Shown one piece after another: positions 36,106-47,854 of a stretch of DNA of 64,000 bases. Made by a program: the position numbers and the translations under genes. Below the pieces are notes generated by a model. It was not told the origin of the DNA. It saw only the letters and a program-made list of their open reading frames with translations, and searched no databases. Source of the stretch: Eledone cirrhosa (taxonomy: Eukaryota). The stretch's first letter is position 1. Every line of letters begins with the position of its first letter. The DNA lies in the NCBI GenBank assembly GCA_964016885.1, contig OZ024744.1, positions 64,976,001 to 65,040,000 of the forward strand, read 5' to 3'.

Positions 36106-36875
36106 GATATGCTGCAGAAAGCTTTGTATGAAGGTTTTTTTATGACAAGGCAGTTAAAGATGCCACACAAATATAACTGAGACCGGCAGCTCTCTGCAAC
36201 TTCCAGTTGTGGCCCACTCCACCTTGAATTTTTACTTGTCATTTGCCATATTGGTAACTGACAGGTAACTGACAGGTGCAATTGAGGAATACACAACCTC
36301 TAAGTGACCAATATAAACAATTCTTTCTCATCATCTATAATACTACTACAGTAGGGGTGTGCAACATATTCCATTGGCAGGTCACTTTTAAACATTGGAA
36401 CAACTATTAGGGCCATTAATATTTATTAAGCACTATTCCAAAGATTCACAACAACTTCTTTCCATGACAGCATGGGCCACTCTGACTGTACTACAGTTGA
36501 TAAGTGACATATGATGAGAACAATTAAGAACAACAATGAATGTTTCTGGCATGAAACCTGCATGTTTGTCAGCTTTGATATGACATCTGCTTTTGAGGTA
36601 TACTCAAGGGCAAAACAATTTGTGTGTATGTAAACATACATATACACACACATTCATATGTAGACTTAATTAATTAGTAAAACTTTACACCATTAGTTCT
36701 GAAACAGTGTGCTGTAGTTTATTGGTGCACTGCAATGCAAGACATATCTAGGAGCATGCTGGATTTAAAAATATAATTTAAGCCTCTAGAAATTCAATAT
36801 GAATGTTTGAGTGTCTTGAAAGCCATATTATTCATAGTTTTATACTCAAGTATCATTAATAAAGCAATAGTTTCT

Positions 36876-38960
36876 TCATCATCATCATCATCATCATTTT
36901 ACGTCTGCTTTTCCCTGCTTGCAAGGGTTGGATGGGTCTTATTCAGCACAGCATCTCTCCATACCACCTCAGTCTCCTCTCTCGCACACTACATTCTATC
37001 CCTCTCAGACACAGTTTCTCTCTCAACACATCCATGCTGGGTCGTTCACGCACATTGACATTGCACATCCAACGCAGCATGCTTGCCTCATTTCTCTCCA
37101 GCCATCGCATATGCTCTGCAGTTGCTGCCCATGTCCCACTACCATGCAGCATCATGCTCCTCACACAGGCATCATATAACCGGCCTTTCGTACGCAGGGA
37201 GAAACCCTTCTTCGTCAGCAGAGGAAGCAGCTCCCTAAACTTCTTCCAAACCGTCCTTATTCTAGATACTATGGCCTCGGAACACCCCACCCCCCTCCCA
37301 TGCTAATCTGATCTCCTAGGTACCGGAAGCTATCTACCACTTCTATAGCACCCGCCTGCATTTGAAAAATGTGTCTATCAATGCGACTTCTACTGTCTAA
37401 TTTCCCTGTACATCTACTGCTTACGTATTTCTCCCTACCTGTTAGTTTGCCTGCTATCCCACTACATCTCTTGTGTACCCAGGATTTGCATTGTGTGCAT
37501 TTTATAGAATTTATGCCAGTTCCTTTTCTGCATATCGAACATGGCCATTTCCCTGACGGAATCAGAGTTTTATCCTCTTTTCTACTCAACACTTTTGTCT
37601 TAGCTAGATTCACTCTCAGTCCTCTTGATTCTAACTGCTGTTTCCATAGCCAGAATTTATTCTCTAGCTCCTCTACTGATGGTGCTATAAGAACTAGATC
37701 GTCAGCATAGAGAAGTTCCCATGGACAGCCAGTCTTAAACTCCTCTGTTATGACTTGGAGGACTATAATGAACAAGAGCGGGCTGAGGACCGAACCTTGA
37801 TGTTCTCCTACTTGTATCTGGAATTCCTCACTAAACTCCATTCCTACCCTGACTTTACTGACAGTACCTCTGTACAAAGTTTGCACTGTCCTCACAAGCC
37901 ATTCCTCAACACCTAGTTTCCTTGGGGACCACCAGATGACAGATCTGGGTACCCTATCAAAGGCCTTCTCTGGGTCAACAAAGGCTAAGTATAGTGGCTT
38001 ATTTTTCTCTAAGAACCTCTCTTGTAATTGTCTCACCAAGAAGAGGGCATCTGTTGTACTCTTCCCAGGCACAAAACCAAACTGAATCTCATCTAGTTTG
38101 ACCCTTTCTCTAATTAGTTGTGCTACTGAGGGTAATTTCTCTCTCTCCTCGTTCATCAGTCTCTCATAATGACATTTCCAGGCCTCCTTTTTCTGATCAT
38201 TCGTGACACTAAGTGCACCGGCATCATTCCAGACACATTTATCTCCAACAACATCCTGATTTGCATTGACACACTGCCTTGCAATGTGGAACACTGCACG
38301 CCTCTGATCTTCCCATTGCAGAACATTGGCAAACTTCTTATTCTCGGCCTCCGTGCGTGCTAAGTACACCTGATGTCTAGCTTCTCTCTTAGCGGCTGTA
38401 TATTCTTCCCTACTCCCACCCTTTTCCCAAGCCTTCCATGCTAGTCTTTTGTCTCTAATGGTCTTATCTACTGTGCTGTTCCACACCAGGTCACTCTCTG
38501 TCTGGTTGGAGCTATGCTCCAGCCACAAGTTTCTTCAGTAGCCTGCAGTAAGTTGTCACATAAGAAATTCTAGTTATTATCTATGTCATACGTCTCTAAC
38601 TCGTCTTCTTTTTCATCATACACATCTTGAAAGGCTTTCCTAAATTTGTATTTTAGTGAAAGGTCTTTTAGCTTCCAGACCTTTCTTCTCCACACCTTCC
38701 TGTATGACTCATTCCATATCTTGCTTACTGAGATATCACTAACGACTTACCTATGCTGTGGGGTACATTCTTTCCCAGGGTATGCCTTGGTATTAGACAC
38801 CATCTGCCTGTCCTGCTACCTAACTAGTAAGAAGTCAATCTGGCTTATGTGCTCGCCTGATTTGTAGGTTATTAAGTGGTTGGCAGGTTTCTGGAAGTTA
38901 GTGTTGCAAATAGTCAGTGTACTTGCATCACACAATTCAAGAAGTCTCACTCCTTCTTCA
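36876..38960 (-). mobile_element. 5'-truncated RTE LINE (APE C-terminus, RT with PHD-like insert, (GAT)n tail)
   Basis: EEGVRLLELC..TNFQK..LITYKSG..SQIDFLLV (APE). ORF 37269-38528 carries QFGFVPGKSTTDA, FVDPEKAFDRVP, QGSVLSPLLF and LLYADDL. ORF 36943-37290 is the C-terminus. Confidence 0.95.
37269..38528 (-). pseudogene. RTE reverse transcriptase ORF fragment (419 aa) with an in-frame internal deletion
   Basis: RT domains 2-7 are recognisable with YADD intact. It is frameshifted relative to the C-terminal ORF and lacks the PGP/NYRGI segment. Confidence 0.85.
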
Positions 38961-39338
38961 TATAAATATATATATATATTTTTTTTGTACTAAATTTTTA
39001 ACTTTAAAACATTTTAAATATTTTATATATGTAACCCATTCTAGCGTGGAAGAACAGACGTAAAACGGTGATGATGATGATGATGATGATGATGTATGTT
39101 GGCAATTCTATATTTGATCTCCAGTGTATCATGAAGTTAAATAGATGGAGAACCATGGCTCCACAACATATTACTTGATATTCTTTCAACATACTTGAAT
39201 ATATAGATATTAAGAGATATATAAAGATACTGAAAGACGAACATTTGAGGTTCTGATAGCCTAAAATGTTGATAAAACCCAAGTTGATTGAATCTGCAAT
39301 CCTAACGTTATTAGACTGATAACGTTAATAGAACTTAT

Positions 39339-39560
39339 AAGGTGTGTGGCTTAGTGGTTAGAGGATTTAATTCACAATTGTGAGATTGTGAGTTTGATTC
39401 TCAGACTGGGCATTGGCTTATGTCCTTGAGCAAGACATTTTATTTCATGTTGCTCTTTTTGCAGGAGTTGTAAGGTGAGTTTGACTCCCAGACTGGGCGA
39501 TGGCTTATGTCCTTGATCAAGACACTTTATTTCACGTTGCTCTTTTTGCCAGGAGTTGTG
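39339..39560 (+). mobile_element. CORE-type SINE family B head with an 86-bp internal tandem duplication
   Basis: GGTGTGTGGCTTAGTGGTTAGAG.. followed by GTGAGTTTG..GTCCTTGAGCAAGACA..GTTGCTC twice (39389, 39475). Confidence 0.75.
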
Positions 39561-39912
39561 GCTGGTAGATATTATCAACAAATAAAAGACCAATTGCAAC
39601 ATTGTTTCCTTGGTGCAAATTGCTGAGTTGCATCCCACTCAGTAAGTGAATGAAGTCTGGGATCTTGTTGATTGATCTATGAAACACCCACATCCAATTG
39701 TTTTAGAATAGGGTAGAAATATTTTCTTATAAAGAAATGGTACAAATATTTTCTTGGGTGATGGCAGATGGGTAAAGAAGCACCAAAAAATCCATCTAGA
39801 AAGATCCTACAGAAGAAGAAAACACAGAAAGAATTTTTGAAGGTCAACCTAACATTATTGACTCCATGCAGGAGATGCCAAGTACAGTTGTTCAGTCATA
39901 TATTCTTACATC

Positions 39913-40570
39913 AATCATCATCATCATCATCATCATCATCAGTCCCTTGACTTCTGTAGTAGTTGGCGGATCCTACTGCAGAAGCAGCATACATTCAAAA
40001 TATTCTATCAACGGTGGCCATCAATAAATCTGGCGTTGTCATTTGCGTCCATTCTTTGACATTGTCCAAACAGTTTTTGTGTTGGCATCCCCTCCTGCAT
40101 CCACTCTCAACAGTGCCTTGCATGATGGTCGTGCACAGGCTGTTAGGTTGTGTGATGTGGTCAAACCTCACCAGTTTCCTCCTCTTGACAGTGGCGAGGA
40201 GAGGTTCCTGGTGATCCATAACTCTTTTAACCTTACTCCACACGTATTTATTGGTTTTATGTTCCCAATAGGAAATATGAAGGAGTTTTCTCATGCATTT
40301 GTCCCCAAATGCCAGGATCCTTTTCTCTGTTTCTTCCAAAAGTGTTCAGGTCTCACCTCCTTATAGGAGGACGGAGACTACCAGCGGTTTGTACAATCTG
40401 TATTTGGTCTGAAAACTAATAATACTCCTCCATATTCTTGCCAATTTGGCCATTACTGCCAATCTGAAGCAATCTGTGTGCATATTTCTGCGTTGCAGGT
40501 ACCATCTTTTGACAAGACTGCTCCCAATATTTAAAACTGGACACTTGCTCCAATGAATGACTGTTCATAC
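39913..40570 (-). mobile_element. RTE (BovB-like) LINE 3' fragment with (GAT)n tail
   Basis: SLEQVSSFKY; KRILAFGDKCMRKLLHISYWEHKTN..LLATVKRRKL..IMQGTVESGCRRG..DNVKEWT. Confidence 0.88.
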
Positions 40571-41134
40571 TTACAAATGGGAAAGACTCATTCTCTCTTA
40601 TATACACCAGGTCCAAACACATGGTGAGATATTGTGCTGTAGAAAGCTGCCTAACCAAGCAAGCATGGAAAAAAACAGTTGTAAAATGATGATTATGATG
40701 ATGATGAAAGCTTTGATATAATTTGATGCTTAGCAATTAATTAATCATCAAATCAAAGATGGTAAATTATCATTTGAGTGTTGGATAGAATGTCTTATGA
40801 TATTTGTTCCAAGTCCAAATACTATAGGTATCAATTCTGCTTTTCCTCCTTTCAGGGTTGATAAATAAAGTACCAGTTGAGGTTGGTGGAATTGTTAGAG
40901 TGTTGGATGAGATGCACTTGGTGTTTGTTCTGGATCTCTTGCTTCTGAGTTCAAACACTGCCTCTTGTCACTGGAAATTAAAAAGGGAACATTCAGTACC
41001 CTACAAAAGTAAAGTTAGTTTTAATAAGTTCTTAAGAAAGTGCCTCCAATAGTTTCAGGTTATCACTCTTAATAGAAGCACACTGGTTAGCTGGAAAGAA
41101 TGTAAGAAATTTACAAATCTTGTGCAAGTTCTTA

Positions 41135-41510
41135 TCTCTTCTTCTTTTCTTCACCCACTTATTCCTGAGAGCGTTGTGGGGATAGGGTCCTCAAACACTC
41201 CCTCTAATGGGTCTAGTCAAAAGCAACAGTCTTCAACTGATCCAGCTAGATCCCCAAGCGAAACCAGCCAAGCTCATGGATGTTATCCAACCATCTTGCT
41301 CGGGGTCTACCCCTGGGTCTCCTGCTGGTTGTTTTTGCCCATAAAATCTGTCCAGGGATTCTTTCCTGAGACATTCTAACCAGATGCCCTTAGTATCGGA
41401 GCTGTGATCTGTCAATATGGAGAAGTAGCAGCTCTACCTGGAGTGACTCTCTGATCTCCGAGCAACGCACTTTATTGAGTAATGTTACTCCAAAGACCCT
41501 TCGGAGGAAC
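41135..41510 (-). mobile_element. RTE LINE 3' fragment, paralog of 23170-23540
   Basis: Long near-identical stretch, e.g. CAAGCTCATGGATGTTATCCAACCATCTTGCTCGGGGTCTACCCC in both. Confidence 0.9.
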
Positions 41511-42185
41511 CCATGTTAAAAGTTAATACAAAAAAAAAATCCTTTTATTCTGTTAGTTGACTGTAGAAAGTGTAGTTGTGTGTGTATCCATGTCATAAAA
41601 GAAGTGGTATTATACAAGAATGCCACAAATCACAATAGATTGCTCACATTTAGATATAATGTACAAATTCTAAATTTATACCTTATAATTGGCACTACTT
41701 CAACTTTATTCCTGTTGATGAAAGCCCATTTCCATTGAAAACCACAACTGGTTCAATGAAATAAAACCATTCATTTTAAAGAGTTCATAATTAAATTGAA
41801 ATCTTCCCACGTAATTTGATACAATAACCTCTTGTTTAAGTTATGCTATAAATATATTCTTAATGAAATAATTAATTATTTTAGTAAATCTCTTCAAATT
41901 CTTCACTAAATAATTCAAATACAGTATATTTCATGAAAAATTCAGCTAAGCACCAGGTGGTGATGGTAAGCTGGACAATGGATTAAGTCTACCACACAAA
42001 TAGGACTGAAATAGATTTGGAATAAAAATGCAAAGAGTCAGAACAAATAATGCTCTCAAAATTCCAACAACCAACTACTCTGCACTGGTAATTTAGTTTA
42101 TCAATCTCAAAAGGATAAAATACAATGAACGAATACATCCTCATCATGTTTGTATGTATATATGAATGTATGTATGAATGTATGT

Positions 42186-42900
42186 TTCTCTTAATTTTGA
42201 GTATATTTTTGACTTGCCACCTTCCTGGTGGCAAGTTTGTAAAAGAAAAGAAATTATTATCCTTTGAATTGCAAGAGTATTTTGCAAATTTTGAAGGTGC
42301 CAGCTATCGCAGCCATTTATAGTCTATGAATTAGGGAGCTGTGCTCTTTGTCCACAAATCCAAGTTCAGGTTATACTTTGGTCCGAGCGGGTTGGTATAT
42401 AACCTGTAGCTCCAAGAATAATGGATACTGAATCTACAAACTCCTCATCAATGGTCTGTAGATGTCCTCCTTCTCCTATATTTTCCTTACAACGTTGACA
42501 TCAAGTGAGCAGCTGATCTCTACAACAGAACACATTTTTAATGTGTGGTACCAAAGAACAATATTAGGCCGATTGTGCTTTAATTTTGGTGGGAGTTTTT
42601 AATTTCAGGTTCCACCAGTATTCCTTAATGCCATCTAGCTCAACATATTACTCCTCATTTGTTTTTAATTTTGTTGTCCTAAGTGCATTCCAGATGGTTC
42701 TAGCTATCATATCGTGCGTGTCTCATAGGGAGGTAGTAGCGAGAAGTCATTCTTTCACAGTTGGCAACAATGTAGCTAACATCTTTGATCTTTGTTTTAC
42801 ATAGCCTACACTTATTGTCGACTGATGGCCCTCCTCTTTTGTGTAGCAGATATTTGGTAGGGATTTCTTGTTTCTGTATTTCATAGAGATATCATTCAAG
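42186..42900 (-). mobile_element. R4/Dong-like (RLE) non-LTR retrotransposon 3' fragment, older subfamily
   Basis: DNKCRLCKTKIKDV..ANCERMTSRYYLPMRH, EYWWN..KTPTK..HNRPNIVLW and IILGATGYIP. The 3'UTR hairpin ACTTGCCACC/GGTGGCAAGT is followed by a (CATA)n-like tract. Confidence 0.8.
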
Positions 42901-43029
42901 CTGGGATGTCATAAACTTGTGAAAACTCCATGCCAGGCTTTTTAAATGATCTATCTCCTCTATGGTCTATATTTTTCGTCTTAGGTACTCATGCTCAACT
43001 TTCTCTGTAAATTGATCCATTTTTTTAAT

Positions 43030-43657
43030 GTATGTATATATATATGTATGTGTGTCTGTATGTATGTGTGTGTGTATGTATATATGTATGTATGTGTGTA
43101 TCTGTGTATGTATGTATGTGTGGAGGTATATGTTTTGAGTTATGCATGCATGTGTATATGTATATGTGTACATGGAGTTATTAGATGCAGAAGTTTGGGA
43201 ATGTTTTACATATTTTTTACTGTTCCATTAATGGATTGTACTTGTAATTTCCTAACTAGTCGTGTTCTTTCTGTTCCTATGAAGCCCAGCTTCTTAAGAT
43301 TTGTACTGAGGCAGTTCAGTTACTAACATATCCCAGTGCTCCAATAATCATAGGCATAAATCTGAAGGTATAATCAGGGTGGAGTATCTGCAGATTTCTC
43401 ATCAGTTCTGCATAGATATTCTCCTTTTCGCTAATCTTTAATATTATATTGGCATCTGCTGGGTAGCTAACTACCACTACTGTGCATGCTTTCTTTTCCT
43501 TGTCCCATATCATTATATCTGGTCTGTTATGCTTGCATTTTATTGGGGGTTTTGATTATAATATTCCACCAGTACTCCTTCATATTATGTATGTGTATGT
43601 CTTCAACATTGCTATAACTTTTAATGTGTTTATTGTCAGGGCTATCTTTTCGATCGA
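43030..43657 (-). mobile_element. R4/Dong-like RLE LINE 3' fragment
   Basis: EYWWNI..KCKHNRPDIMIWDKEKKACTVVVVSYPADANI..EKENIYAELMRNLQILHPDY..IIGALGYV is a PD-(D/E)xK-type endonuclease. Paralog of 45085-45715. Confidence 0.88.
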
Positions 43658-43727
43658 TCGATTGAAAAGATAGCCCTGACAATAAACCCATTAAAAGTTA
43701 CAGCAATGTTGAAGACATACACATACA
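43588..43727. repeat. Spacer-less ~140-bp palindrome at the 5' truncation point of the RLE LINE
   Basis: Centre ATCGA|TCGAT at 43657/43658. The arms TGTATGTGTATGTCTTCAACATTGCT.. / ..AGCAATGTTGAAGACATACACATACA show about 3 mismatches. Confidence 0.93.
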
Positions 43728-43804
43728 GGAAGGAAGGAAGGAAGGAAAGACGGAAGGATGGCTGGCTGGCTGGCTGGATGGATGTATGTATGTATGCTGA
43801 GCAT

Positions 43805-44830
43805 GGATTGCATTTGATTTGGCATGTGATATTTTTGGTTTGACTATAAATTTAAAGAAAACAGTAGTTTTGTGTCAATCTGCACCTGGTCGAGTTGGGC
43901 AACAACTTAAAATAAATGTGAAAGGTAATCTCCTGAAGGTTATTGAATCCTTTATATGCCTTGGCAGTGAAAAAAGATGGAACATGGATACAGAAATATC
44001 TTTAAGCATTCAAAAGGCAGAAAAATCTTCTGTTAGTTTAGAGTCTTGGGTTTGGTCACAAAGCCATCAAGAATGAAACAAAAGTATCTGTTTATAGTTC
44101 ATTTGTGTTATCCTCTCTTCTGCACTCTTCTAAACCTTGGACAGGTTACAAATATCACTTTAGACTCCTGGAACAATTCCATAAAATATGATTATACCAT
44201 ATTCTGAAAATAAAATGGAATTTATTCACTCAGCTGCATCTGGTATTTGTACCACCCTGGCAAAATATTTCAAAAATTGGGGTCTGGACATATTGCCCCC
44301 ATGGCTGACAAGCATATCCCTACACTGTTTTATGGGGAACTTGCTCAGGGAAAAAGAAAACAGAGTAAGCCAAAGAATAGGTTCAAGGATACATTGAAGG
44401 AAAACTTGAAGAATGTAGGAATTGACCCCAGAAACTTGGAAAGTCTCGCAGTGAATTGCTCTACCTGGCCTTCAAAAATATATGGTGGTGTGAAAACAAG
44501 CTGATGCAAGTAAATATTAAGAGGAATATGAGAAGGAAAAAAAATCCTGCCAGTAAGGGAATATGAAAAAATAGAACGTTTTCTACTTGTACCAATTGTA
44601 GGAAAATCTGCCTGTCAGAGGTGGGACTTGAAACTCACATAAGATCACACAATAGCCCACTTCCTACTGATTGCAGAATATACTAACCAATTCACCCTTA
44701 TCAATGCTACAAGATCTACAAATCTCAAGGAGATCTGAAGAGACATAGGCAGTTCAAGTTGCACCAAAACTAATGTGCAATTTATGTGGGTAGGCATTTT
44801 ATGAGTATTACTGGTCTAAAAAACCCACAT
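43805..44830 (+). mobile_element. Decayed RTE LINE 3' half with C-terminal C2H2-like fingers
   Basis: ACDIFGLTINLKKTVVL..LKVIESFICLGS; GHIAPMADKHIPTLFYGELAQGKRKQSKPKNRFKDTLKENLK; CTNCRKICLSEVGLETHIRSH. Confidence 0.82.
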
Positions 44831-44899
44831 AAGGTCTCATGTCAGAACTCAGCATCATGTATACTGAAGTGGTCAAGCCTTATATTGAGCAGACAACCA

Positions 44900-44980
44900 G
44901 TATGTATGTATGTATGTATGTATGTATGTATGTATGTATGTATGTATGTATGTATGTATGTATGTATGTATGTATGTATG
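44900..44980. repeat. (TATG)n microsatellite
   Basis: Direct reading. Confidence 0.97.
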
Positions 44981-45084
44981 TTCTTCTGGTTTTATAATTT
45001 CACAAATTTTTTTCCAATAGAGAGAGAGTTGGTTTCTAACAGATACAAGACTCTCTCATTGGAATTTACACAACATCAACTAGG

Positions 45085-47800
45085 TAGATATGTATGTATG
45101 TATGTCTGCATGCATGTGTGTGTAGGTATGGATGTTATTGTATGTGTGGATGTGTATGTTTTGAGTTATATGTGTGCATGTGCTTTGTATCTGTACATGT
45201 GTACATGGAGTTATTAGATGCAGAATTTTTTGAATGTTTTACATATTTTTACTGTTCCATTAATGGATTGTACTTGTAATTTCCTAACTAGTTGTGTTAT
45301 TTCTGTTTCTGTGAAGCCCAGCTTCTCAAGATTTGTATTGAGGAAGTTACTAACATATCCCAATAATCACAGGTATAAATCTGAAGGTATAGTCAGGGTG
45401 GAGTATCTGCAGATTTCTCATTAGTTCAGCATAGATATTTTCCTTTTCGCTAATCTTTGATATTATATTGGCAACTGCTGGGCAGCTAACTTCCACTACT
45501 GTACATGCCTTCTTTACCCCTTTACCCTGTCCCATATCATTATATCTGGTCTGTTATGCCTGCATTTTATTGGGGTTTTGACTAGTACATTCCACCAGTA
45601 CTCTTTCATATTATGCATGTCTTCCACATTCTATGTGTCTTCCACATTCATAGTATGTCTTCCACATTGCTGTAGCTTTTAATGTGTTTGTTGTTGGGAC
45701 TATCTTTTCTACGGATTACATTGTAAAGTGTTTTGGCCACTACATCATGCCTCATAGGTAGATAGTACCATGATGACATCTTTGGACAGCTGTTTATGAC
45801 ATGGGTGACATCTTCGATGTTAATTCTGTAGAGTCTGCACTTGTTGTCACATCTAGGTGTTTTGCCTGCATCTCTATCTCTTTTGTGAATCAGGTTTTCA
45901 TCATCATCATCATCATCATCGTTTAACGTCCATGTTCCACGCTTGCATGGGTTTGGACGGGAGTTTTCCCACTTGAGGCAAGAGTGGTTGTCTTGCTCGC
46001 ATAGGACTGTCTGGCAGGTTTTCTACAGCTGGATGCCCTTCCTAACACCAACCACATTTACAGTGTGGAACTGGGAGGTTTTTACCGTGTTGCCTACACG
46101 GCCACATTACAGCGTGGACTGTGTGTTTTTTTGTCGTGACACCTACACGATCTCATTTGTTTCGGCCTGGATGTTGTGGCACCAACATAACTCTACATTG
46201 AAAGGGGCGGTGTGGATGGGACGGGGGTGGTGGGACAGGGTGTATTTTGTTAGAGATGCCTACTGACTGTAGTAGGTCCAGTGTCGGTCCAGTGACATTG
46301 TCTTGGAGAGGTGTAAGTGTGTGAGGTCGGAGTTTATCAGGTCGTCCCAGGTTTTTCTGGGTCTGCCTACTCCGTGGCTACCGTCTATCTTTATTGCCCT
46401 GCACTTTTTTATACAGCTGTCGTCTTTCATGCGCATCACGTGACCATACCAACGTAGCCTTCTCTCGAGTAAACAACATCTGATCCCTCTTATTTCTAAT
46501 TTTTCCCTTAGTTCGTTTATGCTTTGCCGTTCGCGTATATTACTATTACACATCCAGCGGAGCATGCAAGCTTCGTTTCTCTCCAGTCTGCGTATATCCT
46601 CTGCACACAATGCCCAGGTCTCACTGCCATGCAACATTGCTGTTCGTATGCAGGCATCATACAGCCTGCCTTTCATTTTTTAGGGAGAACCCTTTAGCGG
46701 CTAATAGTGGTATAAGCTCTCTGAACTTTTTCCATCCAGTTCTGACTCTAGCTACTGTACTTTCAGAGCACCCTCCCCCACTGCTGATTTTGTCACCCAG
46801 GTAACGGAAGCTGTCCACTATTTCTATAGAACCCTCTGCGCAATTGAAAGAGCTAGTATTTTGTGGGCACTTGCTGCTACTTATTGCACCAGAGCACCGG
46901 CCACATGTAAAATCTATGTTCTTAGTTAGCTTACCTATGATTCCACTACATCTTTTATGCACCCATACTTTGCATTTGGGACATAAAATGTAGTTTCTAC
47001 CTACGCCTTTCCTACACACTGAGCATGGCCATTTCCCGGAAGGGACCGGCGCCTTATTTTCTTTCCTAGAAACTAGAACTTTAGTTTTAGCCAGGTTAAT
47101 TTTAAGGCCTTTTGATTCTAGGCCGTGCTTCCATGTTTGGAATTTCTTCTCTAGCTCGGCCATTGATTCAGCTATGAGCGTTAGATCATCTGTGTGTTAA
47201 TTTCCTGTTCTTGGATTGCAAAAGTGTATCCTTCAAAGTGGGAGCCAATATAGCGGTTGTTGATCCAAGATAGACTACTTTGTCTATCTATATTACTCTC
47301 ACTCTGGAGCTTCCTGGCAACATATACATACATGATTTTTTGCTGATAAGCATGTAGTTTTTCATCCATGGATTTGCTACGGTATTGCTGGGTAATTTTC
47401 CTGGGTTAGAGTTTTTGATTATCCTGCAGGGAGCATCTTTTAAGGAGTTCCTTCCCAACTGTCATGATCTTATCTGTCTCATGCAGACAGACTTGATCAA
47501 TAGATGGGCTCCTATGCTTCGAGATTCGTAAATGTTGTCGGAGGGATATGATGCGACACTCAAATGCTATCTGGACTGATGTTAGGCCTCTGCCTCCCTC
47601 CTTACGTTTCAAGTAAAGGCGGTTTATGTCACTGTTGATGTCGAAGTTTCCAGTGTAGTTTAGAATTTCATCTATCGCCCAACTGAGTATTCCAAACGTT
47701 GGTGTTAGGAGAGGCACAGCAAACACATTGTGAGCAACTGTTTTACTGTGCGCAGAGTGTTCTGATGACCATATATTCCTTAATCGGGTATTATATTCCT
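45085..47800 (-). mobile_element. R4/Dong-like RLE LINE (post-RT region to 3' end), split by an RTE insertion
   Basis: FAVPLLTPTFGILSW..RLYLKRKEGGRGL; FEGYTFAIQEQEINT | NLIHKRD..DNKCRLYRINIEDVTHVINSCPKMSSWYYLPMRHDVVAK; HNRPDIMIWD..VVEVSCP. Confidence 0.9.
45899..47192 (-). mobile_element. 5'-truncated RTE LINE (from the ADD codons to the (GAT)n tail) nested in the RLE LINE
   Basis: DDLTLIAESMAELEKKF..INLAKTK..WPCSVCRK..HKRC..CGRC..VDSFRYLG; RRLRWYGHV..GRPRKTW; long 3'UTR and tail. Confidence 0.93.
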
Positions 47801-47854
47801 TGGTTAGGTGTTCCTTATTACAAATACCATTATAGGATATATTCTGATGACATG

